Positions 19,528 to 29,155 of a DNA stretch of 64,000 nucleotides are shown in pieces. Both the position numbers and the translations under genes were made by a program. Origin of the DNA: Hyphomicrobiales bacterium (GTDB taxonomy: Bacteria; Pseudomonadota; Alphaproteobacteria; Rhizobiales; Aestuariivirgaceae); NCBI GenBank assembly GCA_031398425.1, contig JANNNG010000226.1, forward strand, positions 9,270 through 73,269, read 5' to 3'. The notes under the pieces were generated by a model, which saw only the letters and a list, made by a program, of their open reading frames with translations, searched no databases and was not told where the DNA came from. The number at the start of each line of letters is the position of its first letter. The first letter of the stretch is position 1.

Positions 19528-20781
19528 CTACTTCTTGTCCAATCCATAGGCCGTATGCAAGGCCCGCACGGCAAGTTCCGTATAAGCCTCGTCAATCAAG
19601 ACCGACACCTTGATTTCCGACGTCGTGATGGCCTGGATGTTGATGCCCTTGTCGGCGAGCGATGAAAACATGCGCGACGCCACGCCAGCATGACTGCGCA
19701 TGCCGATGCCGACAACCGATACTTTCGCCACATCAGCCGAATGCATCACCTCGGAAAAATCCACCTTGTCCTTGATGCCGTTGATGATCTCGATGGCTTT
19801 TCGCAAATCCTTGCGCGCCAGTGTGAAAGTGATATCGGCAAACGACCCGTCGGCAGAAACGTTCTGTACGATCATGTCGACGGAAATATCCTGTTCCGCC
19901 AGAGGTCCGAAGATGGCAGCGGAAATACCTGGCTTGTCCTTTACATGGCGGATCGAAACCTTCGCCTCATCCCGCGAATAGGCAATTCCACTCACTACAT
20001 GCTGTTCCAAGATCTTGTCCTCTTCACAAACAATTGTTCCAGGTCCCGTGCCATCGGGCTTATTCTGATTCGGTGCATCCGGCGCTTCGAAAGATGAACG
20101 AACCTGCAACGGCACCCGCTTCACCATGGCCAGTTCAACCGAGCGGGGCTGCAACACCTTGGCGCCAAGCGAAGCCTGCTCCAGCATTTCCTCATAGGAG
20201 ATCCGGTCAAGCTTGTGCGCAGCCGTCACGATGCGGGGGTCCGCCGTATAGACACCATCCACATCGGTGTAGATGTCACAGGACGCATCAATGGCCGCAG
20301 CAACAGCAACCGCAGATGTATCAGACCCGCCGCGACCCAGTGTCGACAGACGCTTGTCCGGGCCAACCCCCTGGAAGCCGGTGATGACCGCGACTTGCCC
20401 CTGTTCCATGCGTTTCAGGATTTCCGAACCATTGACCCCGGTCATGCGGGCGGCACCATGCACGCCATCGGTTTCGATTGGGATTTGCCAGCCCGCCCAG
20501 GACCGCGCAGGAATGCCCATGTCCTGCAACACGATTGCCAACAAGCCAGCGGTGATCTGCTCACCCGTGGCCAGCACGGCATCATATTCCCGCGCATCAT
20601 GCACAGCAGCAGCCTGGCGGCACCAGTCCACCAGCTGGTTGGTGGTGCCCGCCATGGCAGACACGACCACGGCCACATGGTGACCTGCCTTTACTTCCCG
20701 TTCCACATGGCGGGCCACGTTGCGGATGCGTTCCACATCCGCCACCGACGTGCCCCCGAATTTCATGACCAGACGGCCCAT
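19528..20781 (-). CDS. lysC: Aspartate kinase
   Basis: VMKFGGTSV, TLGRGGSDTSA, YTDVDGVYTADPR, two ACT domains. Confidence 0.98.
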   Translation of the reverse strand: MGRLVMKFGGTSVADVERIRNVARHVEREVKAGHHVAVVVSAMAGTTNQLVDWCRQAAAVHDAREYDAVLATGEQITAGLLAIVLQDMGIPARSWAGWQIPIETDGVHGAARMTGVNGSEILKRMEQGQVAVITGFQGVGPDKRLSTLGRGGSDTSAVAVAAAIDASCDIYTDVDGVYTADPRIVTAAHKLDRISYEEMLEQASLGAKVLQPRSVELAMVKRVPLQVRSSFEAPDAPNQNKPDGTGPGTIVCEEDKILEQHVVSGIAYSRDEAKVSIRHVKDKPGISAAIFGPLAEQDISVDMIVQNVSADGSFADITFTLARKDLRKAIEIINGIKDKVDFSEVMHSADVAKVSVVGIGMRSHAGVASRMFSSLADKGINIQAITTSEIKVSVLIDEAYTELAVRALHTAYGLDKK

Positions 20782-20786
20782 AAACC

Positions 20787-20818
20787 AAACCCCGAAAAAC
20801 CAAAACCCCGAAAAACCA
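20787..20818. repeat. Perfect 16-bp tandem duplication next to the lysC start
   Basis: aaaccccgaaaaacca x2. Confidence 0.85.
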
Positions 20819-20960
20819 AAATCAAGCCTACCGGGACAATATGCGCCCCGCGCGTCAATCCAGAATGTGCTACGTAACCCCCGAAGTGGCTCGGGGCTCT
20901 CATAGTGGACGCTATCAGGCGATGCAACATAAGGGCCAACGAAATTTGGACGTAAAGGTC

Positions 20961-21716
20961 ATGACAATCGATACAAAAGCCCTGCCCCCCAGCCTGGACC
21001 CCGCCGAAGTCGAGAAATTCTCGAAACTCGCCGCCGAATGGTGGAATCCCAAGGGCAAATTCGGCATACTGCATGTCTTCAACCCGGTTCGCCTCGACTA
21101 TATCAAGGAACAGGTGTGTGCGAGGCTCGCCCGCGACCCCTATGAGCGCGAACCCCTGAAAGGCCTCCGCTTCCTTGACATCGGTTGCGGCGGCGGCCTG
21201 CTTTGCGAACCGATGGCACGCCTCGGAGCCACCGTCGTCGGCGTCGATCCATCCGAGAAAAACATCAAGACTGCCTCCGTTCACGCCCTCGAAATGGAAC
21301 TCGACATCGACTATCGCACCGGCCTCGCCGAAGACCTGGCCGCCGCCGGAGAACAGTTCGACGTCATTCTCAACATGGAAGTCATCGAACACGTCGCCGA
21401 CCCGAAAGCCTATACAGCCACATGCTGCTCTATGCTGAAACCCGGCGGGCTGATGTTCGTGGCCACCCTGAACCGCACGATGAAAAGCTTCGCCCTCGGC
21501 ATCGTGGGAGCCGAATACATCCTGGGCTGGCTCCCCAAGGGCACGCACCAATGGGAAAAGTTCATCACGCCGGAGGAGTTGAAGGCATGGCTCGCGGACA
21601 ACGGGACCAACACTGTTGCAGAAAGCGGCGTCACCTATCATCCGCTGGCCAATGAGTGGCGGCGGTCGAATGATATGGGTGTTAATTACATAGTGGTTGG
21701 AGAGAAAATCAGTTGA
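20961..21716 (+). CDS. ubiG: Ubiquinone biosynthesis O-methyltransferase
   Basis: EVEKFSKLAAEWWNPKG, LDIGCGGGLL, EVIEHV, LPKGTHQWEKF. Confidence 0.97.
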   Translation: MTIDTKALPPSLDPAEVEKFSKLAAEWWNPKGKFGILHVFNPVRLDYIKEQVCARLARDPYEREPLKGLRFLDIGCGGGLLCEPMARLGATVVGVDPSEKNIKTASVHALEMELDIDYRTGLAEDLAAAGEQFDVILNMEVIEHVADPKAYTATCCSMLKPGGLMFVATLNRTMKSFALGIVGAEYILGWLPKGTHQWEKFITPEELKAWLADNGTNTVAESGVTYHPLANEWRRSNDMGVNYIVVGEKIS

Positions 21717-22011
21717 AGAGTTTCGGAAGATCCATGGCCCCGTGAACGACCCGAATAATTTCAACACTGATGCCGCGCACGCGATAAAAAATCAGATAGT
21801 TGCCTTCCACCAACATCCGCAGGCCTTTGCGCAGATCGTCACGCGGTGAGCCGCGATCCGGAAAATCAGTTAAACTCAAAACGCGTCGATCAAATCTGTC
21901 GAGAATTTTGTCAGCGGCGACCAGGTTTTGCAAGGATATGTCGAACCAAATTTTGTAGATGTCCCGTTTAGCACGAGGCAGAACAACGACTCGATAAGTC
22001 TTTTCTGTCAT
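21709..22011 (-). CDS. parE: Type II toxin, RelE/ParE family
   Basis: AKRDIYKIW, RGSPRDDL, GNYLIFYR, IIRVVHGAMDL. 4-nt overlap with the antitoxin. Confidence 0.9.
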   Translation of the reverse strand: MTEKTYRVVVLPRAKRDIYKIWFDISLQNLVAADKILDRFDRRVLSLTDFPDRGSPRDDLRKGLRMLVEGNYLIFYRVRGISVEIIRVVHGAMDLPKLFN

Positions 22012-22295
22012 GCAGACTTCTTCAGTTTGGTCCGGGCAGCATATTCAGCATGAAGTTCGCGCTTCATTTTCTCCATATCCCACTCTTCACCTGGACCTGA
22101 ATCGATACCTTCCTTGATCAAAGCACGCATATGGGCGAGGGCCTGCTTTTTTGCCTTTTCAAAAGTCTTCCAACGCCGTAACGCCTCGCGCACAACTTCG
22201 CTGTTGGTTGCATAGTCTCCAGACGCTACCGCTTTCTTGACCATCTCGTTTAATTCTGGCGTCAGGGCAATTGAGATTTTCTGAACTTTGCTCAT
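22008..22295 (-). CDS. parD: Type II antitoxin, ParD (ribbon-helix-helix) family
   Basis: KISIALTPEL...SGDYATNSEVVREALRRW...IKEGIDSG. Confidence 0.92.
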   Translation of the reverse strand: MSKVQKISIALTPELNEMVKKAVASGDYATNSEVVREALRRWKTFEKAKKQALAHMRALIKEGIDSGPGEEWDMEKMKRELHAEYAARTKLKKSA

Positions 22296-22302
22296 TGCAG
22301 TC

Positions 22303-22320
22303 TGGTAGCATATCTTACCA
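22303..22320. promoter_or_regulatory. Imperfect palindrome upstream of parD (probable autorepression operator)
   Basis: tggta-gcatatct-tacca, 7 bp from the parD start codon. Confidence 0.5.
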
Positions 22321-22330
22321 CCAATGTCAC

Positions 22331-23362
22331 TCAGTTCCGCGCCACCGGCTTCGACCTAAACCGCTGCACCGTCTCCCTTTCCGCTTGCCGCATCGCCTGT
22401 GGTGGCAGCCCGCGTGACATCAGTTGCAAGTCCTCCAGCACCATGCGACCCATGTCCTTGAACGCTGAGGCCAGCGCCCCGGCGCGGTGGGCGGAAAGAA
22501 TGAAATTTTCAAGACTTCGCACCGGATGATTGAGTGGCAAGGGTTCTTCCGGATAGACATCGCTCGCAGCCTGGATATGACCAGATGATACAGCCGCCAT
22601 CAGCGCATCAAAATCCAACACACCCGCACGGCTCAACAACACGAAACTCGTGCCGCGCCGCATCTTGGTGAATGCATCGGCTCCCAGGAAGCCGCCGTTT
22701 TCGGTGGTGACACCGGCGACGACGAAGATCACGTCACTTGATGTCAGAACTTCATCGAGCGAGGCGGGATCAACGCCTGCGTCTCGCAAGGCACTTGGCG
22801 GCAACCAGGGGTCATAGGCGCGAACTTTAGCGCGGAATGGTACCAGCAGCCTGTTCAAAGCCCGGCCCAGATCACCAAAGCCGATGAAGCCGATGTCGCC
22901 ACCGGACAATAACCGCGCCGACCTGTTGCTGTCACCACCCCAGACTTCGCGGCCTTGGCGAAAATCCCGGTCGGCGCCCACGATGTTGCGTTCCAGCGCC
23001 AAGGCCAGACCAAGTCCGATTTCGGCAACGGGTTGCGCGAAGACCTTGCCGGTTGACAGCACATGAATGCCGCGTGCGAAGCATTGGCCGTAATCCATGT
23101 TGTCGAGAAAGTTTGACTCGACATTGAGAATGCCGCGCAGCCGTGTGGCCTGCGCCAGCAATGCCGCCGACAAGGGCGGCTGCCCGATGATGAAATCAAT
23201 TTCGGCAACTTGGTGTTCAAGCAACGCAAGTCCTGCAGCGCCTTCGCCTTCGATGAGGCGGAAATCTTGATGCAAGGTTTGCAGGTCAGCCGCTGTGAAT
23301 ATCAGATCAAGCGTGCGCGGCTCTGGGATGCAGAACAACAGGGGCCGGCTGTCCACACTCAA
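22331..23362 (-). CDS. D-isomer-specific 2-hydroxyacid dehydrogenase
   Basis: GFIGFGDLG, YDPW, LSRAG, DVYPEEP, SAHRAG catalytic His. Confidence 0.92.
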   Translation of the reverse strand: MSVDSRPLLFCIPEPRTLDLIFTAADLQTLHQDFRLIEGEGAAGLALLEHQVAEIDFIIGQPPLSAALLAQATRLRGILNVESNFLDNMDYGQCFARGIHVLSTGKVFAQPVAEIGLGLALALERNIVGADRDFRQGREVWGGDSNRSARLLSGGDIGFIGFGDLGRALNRLLVPFRAKVRAYDPWLPPSALRDAGVDPASLDEVLTSSDVIFVVAGVTTENGGFLGADAFTKMRRGTSFVLLSRAGVLDFDALMAAVSSGHIQAASDVYPEEPLPLNHPVRSLENFILSAHRAGALASAFKDMGRMVLEDLQLMSRGLPPQAMRQAERETVQRFRSKPVARN

Positions 23363-23802
23363 TTCCCATCCTCCGGCAACATCGGCAGCGGATGTACTTC
23401 AATGCCCTCTTCCAGCAACTCCTGTGCTTCCACGGGCGTGGCCTTGCCGGTAATGCCGCGGGCCTCGGCTTCCTTGTAGTGAATCTTGCGCGCTTCTTCG
23501 GCGAAATTTTCACCGACGTTTTCGGTGTGTTTTTCCACATGCGCCCGGAACTCACGCATCATCTGCATCATCGCCTGCGCACGCGGATCGACGGGTCCTG
23601 CCACCATGGGCTTTGCCACATCCGACATCCTGTTGGATTTTGCCGGAATGCCCGGGGCCATGATCTGCTTTTCAATTTTGACAGAGCCACAGACCATGCA
23701 TTCGACAAGCTGCCGCTTCACCTGCTTGTCATAGGCATCACTATTGGAAAACCACGCATCAAATTCATGGCCCTTGTCACATTGGAGATCGTAACGGATC
23801 AT
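23359..23802 (-). CDS. DUF1178 family protein
   Basis: MIRYDLQCDKGHEFDAWF, CMVCGS, ENVGENFAEEARKIHY, LLEEGI. Confidence 0.93.
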   Translation of the reverse strand: MIRYDLQCDKGHEFDAWFSNSDAYDKQVKRQLVECMVCGSVKIEKQIMAPGIPAKSNRMSDVAKPMVAGPVDPRAQAMMQMMREFRAHVEKHTENVGENFAEEARKIHYKEAEARGITGKATPVEAQELLEEGIEVHPLPMLPEDGN

Positions 23803-23803
23803 C

Positions 23804-24625
23804 TCAGGCCTGTTTCAGACCGAAAACACGGGCATGAACAAGTGCGGGAATGCGTGCACGCACCTCGGCTACCCTGTCCACATCGATATCAACAACCAGC
23901 ACGCCCGGCTCCTCGTCCAATTCCGCCAGAACTTCACCCCAAGGCGAAATCACGATGGAATGGCCATAGGTGGCGCGGCCCGCCTCATGCATGCCACCCT
24001 GTGCGGCGGCAATCACATAACTTCCCGTCTCAATGGCCCTCGCCCTCAGCAACACATGCCAGTGCGCTTGCCCCGTGGGCACCGTGAAGGCAGCAGGATA
24101 TGCAATCACTGAACATCCCGCATTGGCCAGGGCATTGGCCAGACGCGGAAATCGCATGTCATAACAAATGGCAAAGCCCAGTTTGAAATCGGGCAATTGC
24201 GCTGTGACAGCATTCTCGCCGGGGTCATAGGTCTCAGACTCGCGATATGACAAGCCATCAGGCAGATCAATGTCGAAGAGGTGAATCTTGTCGTAAGCAG
24301 CAACCAGTCCGCCATCCGGCCCGAAGAGCAGGCTGCGATTGGCCAGCTTTTCCTGACCCGCATTCAGGGCCAGTGACCCTGCATGCAGATAAATCCCAAG
24401 CTCCCGCGCCAGTGCAGAAAAACCGTGCACGAAAATATCATCAGCCTCAGACATGGCCACCGCTTTCAACCGCTCCTTGTCAGGCTCGAAAATATTGCTG
24501 ACCTCGGGCGTCAACACATAAGCGGCACCTTTCGAGGCCGCCTCGCGCACCAGTGCTGTCGCGTCCGCAAAATTGCCTGCCATGTCGCGACCCGAACGCA
24601 TTTGCACAATGCCGATTCTTGTCAT
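23804..24625 (-). CDS. Carbon-nitrogen hydrolase (Nit1-like amidase)
   Basis: TPE, YDKIHLFD, ICYDMRFP triad, LLRARAIE. Confidence 0.93.
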   Translation of the reverse strand: MTRIGIVQMRSGRDMAGNFADATALVREAASKGAAYVLTPEVSNIFEPDKERLKAVAMSEADDIFVHGFSALARELGIYLHAGSLALNAGQEKLANRSLLFGPDGGLVAAYDKIHLFDIDLPDGLSYRESETYDPGENAVTAQLPDFKLGFAICYDMRFPRLANALANAGCSVIAYPAAFTVPTGQAHWHVLLRARAIETGSYVIAAAQGGMHEAGRATYGHSIVISPWGEVLAELDEEPGVLVVDIDVDRVAEVRARIPALVHARVFGLKQA

Positions 24626-24882
24626 GCTGCTTCCAGCAATGTGTCGAGCCTGCCCTCGGACTCAAGGGCAAGAATATCATCGCATCCCCCGACATGGGTG
24701 GGGCCGATGAAAATCTGCGGTACAGTGTTGCGGCCACCGGCGCGGGTTCGCATAGCTGCGCGCTGTGCAGCATCGCCGCTGACATCGATTTCCGTGTAGG
24801 TCACATTCTTGCTCTTCAACAGCCGTTTCGCCATGGCGCAATAGGAGCAAAGCGGCGTGGTATAAATCGTAACATCAGTCAT
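24622..24882 (-). CDS. grxC: Glutaredoxin 3
   Basis: CSYC, TVPQIFI, GGCDD. Confidence 0.95.
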   Translation of the reverse strand: MTDVTIYTTPLCSYCAMAKRLLKSKNVTYTEIDVSGDAAQRAAMRTRAGGRNTVPQIFIGPTHVGGCDDILALESEGRLDTLLEAA

Positions 24883-24892
24883 CAATCCGTCC

Positions 24893-25690
24893 TCAATCGA
24901 CAATATGCAATCGCGCCGGTTCCAAAACAAGGGCGAAGCTCAGCAAAAGCACACGCGCTGCCCCTGCTTTTTTGAGCGCCCCGGCACAGGCATTGGCCGT
25001 GGCCCCTGTTGTGCGCACATCATCAACAAGCAGAACGGTTTTACAGTCAACGGCCGGAAGCTTTTCGATTGCCACAGCAAAAGCCCCGCGCACGTTTTTC
25101 CGCCGGGCCACGGCGTCGAGCCCCACCTGTGAGGCTGTTGCCTCCACCCGGAGAAGCACATCATGCGCCCATGGTTTGCCACAGCGGTCAGCGAGGCGCT
25201 GTGCCAGAAATGCCGCCTGGTTGAAGCGACGCTGCCACAGGCGCTTTCTGTGCAGGGGCACTGGCACAATCACATCGGCCTCCATCAAAAACCGTCGACC
25301 GGCTCCCGCCATCATCCGCGCCATGGCAAGGCCAGCTTCGGCATTGTCCTGATATTTGAAAAGATGCACGAGATGGCTCGATGCCTCGTCAAACGCCACC
25401 GCCGCCCGTGCACTGTCCCACTGGGGTGGCTCTGCCATGGCCGCCGGAGACACGGCACCCTCACCTTCATCATAGGCAAAAGGTGTGCCGAGCACGGCAC
25501 AAACCGGGTCATCAATGAACGTCAGCCTGGACCAGCATGACAGACACAAGGCTGCTCCCGTACCTACGGGCGTCTGACAAGAAAGACAGAGCGGTGGCGT
25601 CACCACATCAACAAGACCCCGCCATGCTTCTGTGGCTGAACGCTTGAAGCGCTGGAACAAAAGGTCCTGATCGGCTATCGGCTCTCGCAT
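24893..25690 (-). CDS. comF: ComF family amidophosphoribosyltransferase-like protein (start uncertain)
   Basis: CxxC zinc motifs, VPVPLH, RRFNQA, LLVDDVRTTGAT. Confidence 0.92.
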   Translation of the reverse strand: MREPIADQDLLFQRFKRSATEAWRGLVDVVTPPLCLSCQTPVGTGAALCLSCWSRLTFIDDPVCAVLGTPFAYDEGEGAVSPAAMAEPPQWDSARAAVAFDEASSHLVHLFKYQDNAEAGLAMARMMAGAGRRFLMEADVIVPVPLHRKRLWQRRFNQAAFLAQRLADRCGKPWAHDVLLRVEATASQVGLDAVARRKNVRGAFAVAIEKLPAVDCKTVLLVDDVRTTGATANACAGALKKAGAARVLLLSFALVLEPARLHIVD

Positions 25691-25691
25691 C

Positions 25692-26522
25692 ATGAACACC
25701 ATCCCAGATGTCTTTGACCGGCAAGCCTACATCTTGCGTCAGTCCCGCGCCAGCGGCAACGCAGTGGCGCAGTTGGACGCGCAGATCACCGCTGAGTTGA
25801 TGGATCGGCTGACGCTGATCAACCGCAGTTTTGAACGCGCTCTGATCATGGCTCCGCGTGCAGAAACCTTCGCAACAGCCTTGGCAGCCAGCGAAAAATT
25901 CGGAAAAATCGTGGCGCAACAACTGCAGCTGACGGATCATCTCAACCTCGCTTCGGCGTCTTTTGATGCCGTCATCAGCCTGCTTGATCTTCATACCATC
26001 AATGATGTACCAGGCTATATGGCACAGATCGCCCATGCGCTTGCGCCCGACGGACTTGCCATGTTTGCTTTTTTTGCTGGCGAAAGCTTGCTCGAATTGC
26101 GCGAGGCCTGGTTGCAGGCGGAACAGCTGGTGAGCAGTGGTGCCAGCCCCCGGGTGGCCCCAATGATCGATCTTCGCGAGGCTGGTGGCCTGTTACAGCG
26201 AGCAGGCCTTGCCTTGCCGGTGGCCGATGTGGATCGTGCAACCCTCAGATACAGCGATGCCATGTCCCTGATGCGCGAAATCAAGTCGCTCGGATTTTCA
26301 AATTGCATGACGGGTCGTCTGCGCCATGTGACCATGCCTCGCCTGCTGTTGCAGAGCGCCCTCGCCTATCCCGCAGACGCCGATGGTCGCATCAGTGCAA
26401 CAGTGGAGATCGCCTGGGCCACCGCCTGGAAACCTCACCCCTCGCAGCAGCAGCCCTTGAAACCCGGATCCGCAAAAGCGCGATTGGCCGATGCCCTGAA
26501 TGTTCAAGAGACGAAACCGTGA
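25692..26522 (+). CDS. SAM-dependent methyltransferase-like protein (BioC/NDUFAF5-like)
   Basis: VFDR, ELMDRL, LHTIND, SPRVAPMID, LLQRAGLALPVAD. Usual divergent partner of comF. Confidence 0.88.
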   Translation: MNTIPDVFDRQAYILRQSRASGNAVAQLDAQITAELMDRLTLINRSFERALIMAPRAETFATALAASEKFGKIVAQQLQLTDHLNLASASFDAVISLLDLHTINDVPGYMAQIAHALAPDGLAMFAFFAGESLLELREAWLQAEQLVSSGASPRVAPMIDLREAGGLLQRAGLALPVADVDRATLRYSDAMSLMREIKSLGFSNCMTGRLRHVTMPRLLLQSALAYPADADGRISATVEIAWATAWKPHPSQQQPLKPGSAKARLADALNVQETKP

Positions 26523-26621
26523 CTTCGACCGGCTGTGAAACCCGGGACCACCAAGACGCTTGTTTCGTGCTGCTTTGAGCCCTATGTGACAGTGAGTTGA
26601 AGCAGCACCGGAAGCCTGATT

Positions 26622-27311
26622 TTGTTAGAAAGCCTGATGAGCAGTGAAGCCCTGATTGCCCTGGGGCAGGTCATCATGATCGATCTGGTGCTGGCTGGCG
26701 ACAACGCCATCGTGATTGGTTTGGCAGCGGCAGGTTTGCCAAGGGAGCAGCGAAACCGGGCCATTCTGATCGGCATCATCGCAGCAACAGTTCTGCGCAT
26801 CTTCTTCGCCCTGACCACGACCTGGCTGCTTGACCTTGGCCCCGGCCTTCTGGTCGGCGGGGGATTGTTGCTGCTCTGGGTGTGCTGGAAGATGTGGCGC
26901 GAATTGAGCGACGGTGGGTCACACAACGAAGGCGCTGAAGCCGTGGCCGGCGAAGACCTGGACAAGGATGGTGCCATTGCCAGCAATGTTCCGCGCAAGA
27001 CCTTTGCCCAGGCAGCCTGGCAGATTGTCATAGCCGACGTGTCGATGTCGCTGGACAATGTGCTGGCCGTTGCCGGATCAGCTAAGGATCATCCCAACGT
27101 GCTCATCATCGGGTTGGTGCTGTCGATCGCCTTGATGGGCTTTGCGGCCACATTTGTGGCACGTCTGCTGAACAATCATCGCTGGATTGCCTATGTGGGC
27201 CTGGCCATCATCCTCTATGTGGCTGTTCAGATGACGTGGGAAGGCGGACATAAAATGCGTCCGGATCTGATCCCCGAACCCTTTACGTTGAGTTCATTGA
27301 TGTCGCTTTAG
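26622..27311 (+). CDS. TerC family membrane protein (YjbE subfamily)
   Basis: IDLVLAGDNAIVI and IADVSMSLDNVLAVAG motifs. Confidence 0.94.
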   Translation: MLESLMSSEALIALGQVIMIDLVLAGDNAIVIGLAAAGLPREQRNRAILIGIIAATVLRIFFALTTTWLLDLGPGLLVGGGLLLLWVCWKMWRELSDGGSHNEGAEAVAGEDLDKDGAIASNVPRKTFAQAAWQIVIADVSMSLDNVLAVAGSAKDHPNVLIIGLVLSIALMGFAATFVARLLNNHRWIAYVGLAIILYVAVQMTWEGGHKMRPDLIPEPFTLSSLMSL

Positions 27312-27973
27312 ACTTGGCGCAGGCAGGCGTTGCGCAAGGCTCTGATCGCTTCGGCGTGCTGGCCCTTGAAAATGGCTGAGCCCGCAACCAGCACATTGGC
27401 CCCGGCCTGAACTGCTGCACCTGCCGTATCAACAGTAATCCCACCATCCACTTCAAGATCAATGTCACGCCCGCCGATCATCAGTCTGGCCTGACGGATC
27501 TTGTCAAGCATGGCGGGAATGAAGCGCTGGCCACCAAAGCCGGGGTTCACCGTCATGATCAGAATGAGATCAAGCTCATCAATCACATGATCAAGCGCTG
27601 AAAGTGGCGTTCCGGGATTAAGCGACACACCCACTTTTTTCCCGAGCGCCTTCACCGCCTGAACCGACCGGTGCAGATGCGGGCCCGCTTCTGCATGGAC
27701 GGTGATGAGGTCAGCTCCGGCATCGGCAAACTGCTGCAGGTAGCGGTCCACGGGAGCAATCATCAAATGCACGTCAAACAGCATTTTCGTCTGTGCACGG
27801 ATGGATTGCATGATGGGCGCACCAAAAGAGATGTTGGGCACAAAATGCCCATCCATGACATCAATGTGAACCCAGTCGGCTCCACCCTGCTCGATGGCAT
27901 CAATTTCCGCGCCAAGCTTGGAAAAGTCTGCGGCGAGGATGGAAGGGGCGATACGCAAGGGGCGGATTTTCAT
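27308..27973 (-). CDS. rpe: Ribulose-phosphate 3-epimerase
   Basis: IAPSILAADF, HIDVMDGHFVPNISFG, MTVNPGFGGQ, VDGG. Confidence 0.98.
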   Translation of the reverse strand: MKIRPLRIAPSILAADFSKLGAEIDAIEQGGADWVHIDVMDGHFVPNISFGAPIMQSIRAQTKMLFDVHLMIAPVDRYLQQFADAGADLITVHAEAGPHLHRSVQAVKALGKKVGVSLNPGTPLSALDHVIDELDLILIMTVNPGFGGQRFIPAMLDKIRQARLMIGGRDIDLEVDGGITVDTAGAAVQAGANVLVAGSAIFKGQHAEAIRALRNACLRQV

Positions 27974-28027
27974 AACGACCTTCCTATCAAATCCACAATG
28001 TTGCCCCAACGCAAACGAAATCTCATG

Positions 28028-28048
28028 CCCCTCCCTGACAGGGAGGGG
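28028..28048. repeat. Short GC hairpin between gap and rpe (REP-like or terminator)
   Basis: cccctccct-gac-agggagggg. Confidence 0.6.
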
Positions 28049-28057
28049 AGAAGATGT

Positions 28058-29074
28058 TTAAGCAATCAGCTTGCCGAAATGCACCGCCGTATCGCTCATG
28101 CGGTTGGAGAAGCCCCATTCGTTGTCGTACCAGCTGAGGATGCGCACGAAGTTTCCGGCAACCACCTTGGTCTGGTCCATGTGGAAGTTGGAGGAATGCG
28201 GATTGTGGTTGAAGTCGATCGAGACGTTTGGTTCATTGGTATAGCCGAGAATGCCCTTGAGCGGTCCTGCATCAGCGGCAGCCTTGATGGCGGCATTGAT
28301 TTCTTCCATTGTAGTGTTGCGCTTGGCAACGAACTTGAAATCGACCACCGACACATTGGGCGTCGGCACGCGAATTGATGTGCCGTCAAGCTTGCCCTTC
28401 ATTTCCGGGATCACAAGTCCAATGGCCTTGGCGGCACCGGTTGACGTGGGGATCATCGACATGGCGGCAGCGCGGGCGCGGTAGAGATCCTTGTGCATGG
28501 TATCAAGCGTTGGCTGATCGCCCGTATAGGCGTGGATGGTGGTCATGAAACCATGCTCGATGCCAACAGCATCATTCAACACCTTCACCACGGGGGCGAG
28601 GCAGTTGGTGGTGCAGGACGCATTCGAGATCACCATATGGTCGGACGTCAGTGTGTTGTGGTTGACACCGTAGACGATGGTATTGTCGGCACCATCGCAG
28701 GGTGCTGACACAATCACACGCTTGGCACCGGCGGCCAGATGCGCCGAGGCCTTGTCCTTCGCCGTGAAAATGCCGGTGCATTCCATCACGATGTCAACGC
28801 CGTTTTCCTTGTGAGGCAGCTGCGACGGATCCTTGACGGCGGTCACCTTGAAGGTGTCGCTGCCGATGGAAATCGCATCACCCTTCGTCGTCACCTGGTG
28901 CGGAAAGCGACCGTGCACACTGTCATAGCGCAGCAAGTGGGCGTTGGTTTCGACGGGTCCCAGATCATTGACGGAAACGATGTCGATGTCCTTGCGGCCT
29001 GATTCATAAATGGCGCGGACAACATTGCGGCCGATGCGGCCAAACCCGTTGATTGCGACGCGAACTTTCGCCAT
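28058..29074 (-). CDS. gap: Type I glyceraldehyde-3-phosphate dehydrogenase
   Basis: [30 protein letters not shown]. Confidence 0.99.
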   Translation of the reverse strand: MAKVRVAINGFGRIGRNVVRAIYESGRKDIDIVSVNDLGPVETNAHLLRYDSVHGRFPHQVTTKGDAISIGSDTFKVTAVKDPSQLPHKENGVDIVMECTGIFTAKDKASAHLAAGAKRVIVSAPCDGADNTIVYGVNHNTLTSDHMVISNASCTTNCLAPVVKVLNDAVGIEHGFMTTIHAYTGDQPTLDTMHKDLYRARAAAMSMIPTSTGAAKAIGLVIPEMKGKLDGTSIRVPTPNVSVVDFKFVAKRNTTMEEINAAIKAAADAGPLKGILGYTNEPNVSIDFNHNPHSSNFHMDQTKVVAGNFVRILSWYDNEWGFSNRMSDTAVHFGKLIA

Positions 29075-29155
29075 GGTTTTCTCCTCTGAGGTTTGAATGA
29101 GGAGGCCTTATAGAGATTTTATGTCGTTGCGGAAGCGGAAAATGAGGAGCGCACC

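Noticed and set aside
20782-20960. Lysine riboswitch upstream of lysC
   Set aside because: No lysine riboswitch consensus, and the gap is short and shared with the divergent ubiG promoter.
20763-21767. Long antisense ORFs (also 42871-43839, 44310-45245, 52744-53910, 58067-58894, 62534-63889 and many shorter ones)
   Set aside because: They lie opposite well-supported genes, have no family motifs, and are expected shadows of GC-rich codon usage.
26523-26621. yybP-ykoY (Mn2+) riboswitch upstream of the TerC gene
   Set aside because: Only a simple gtgctgctt/aagcagcac hairpin. The conserved GGGGAGUA and CAAC/AUAC motifs are absent.
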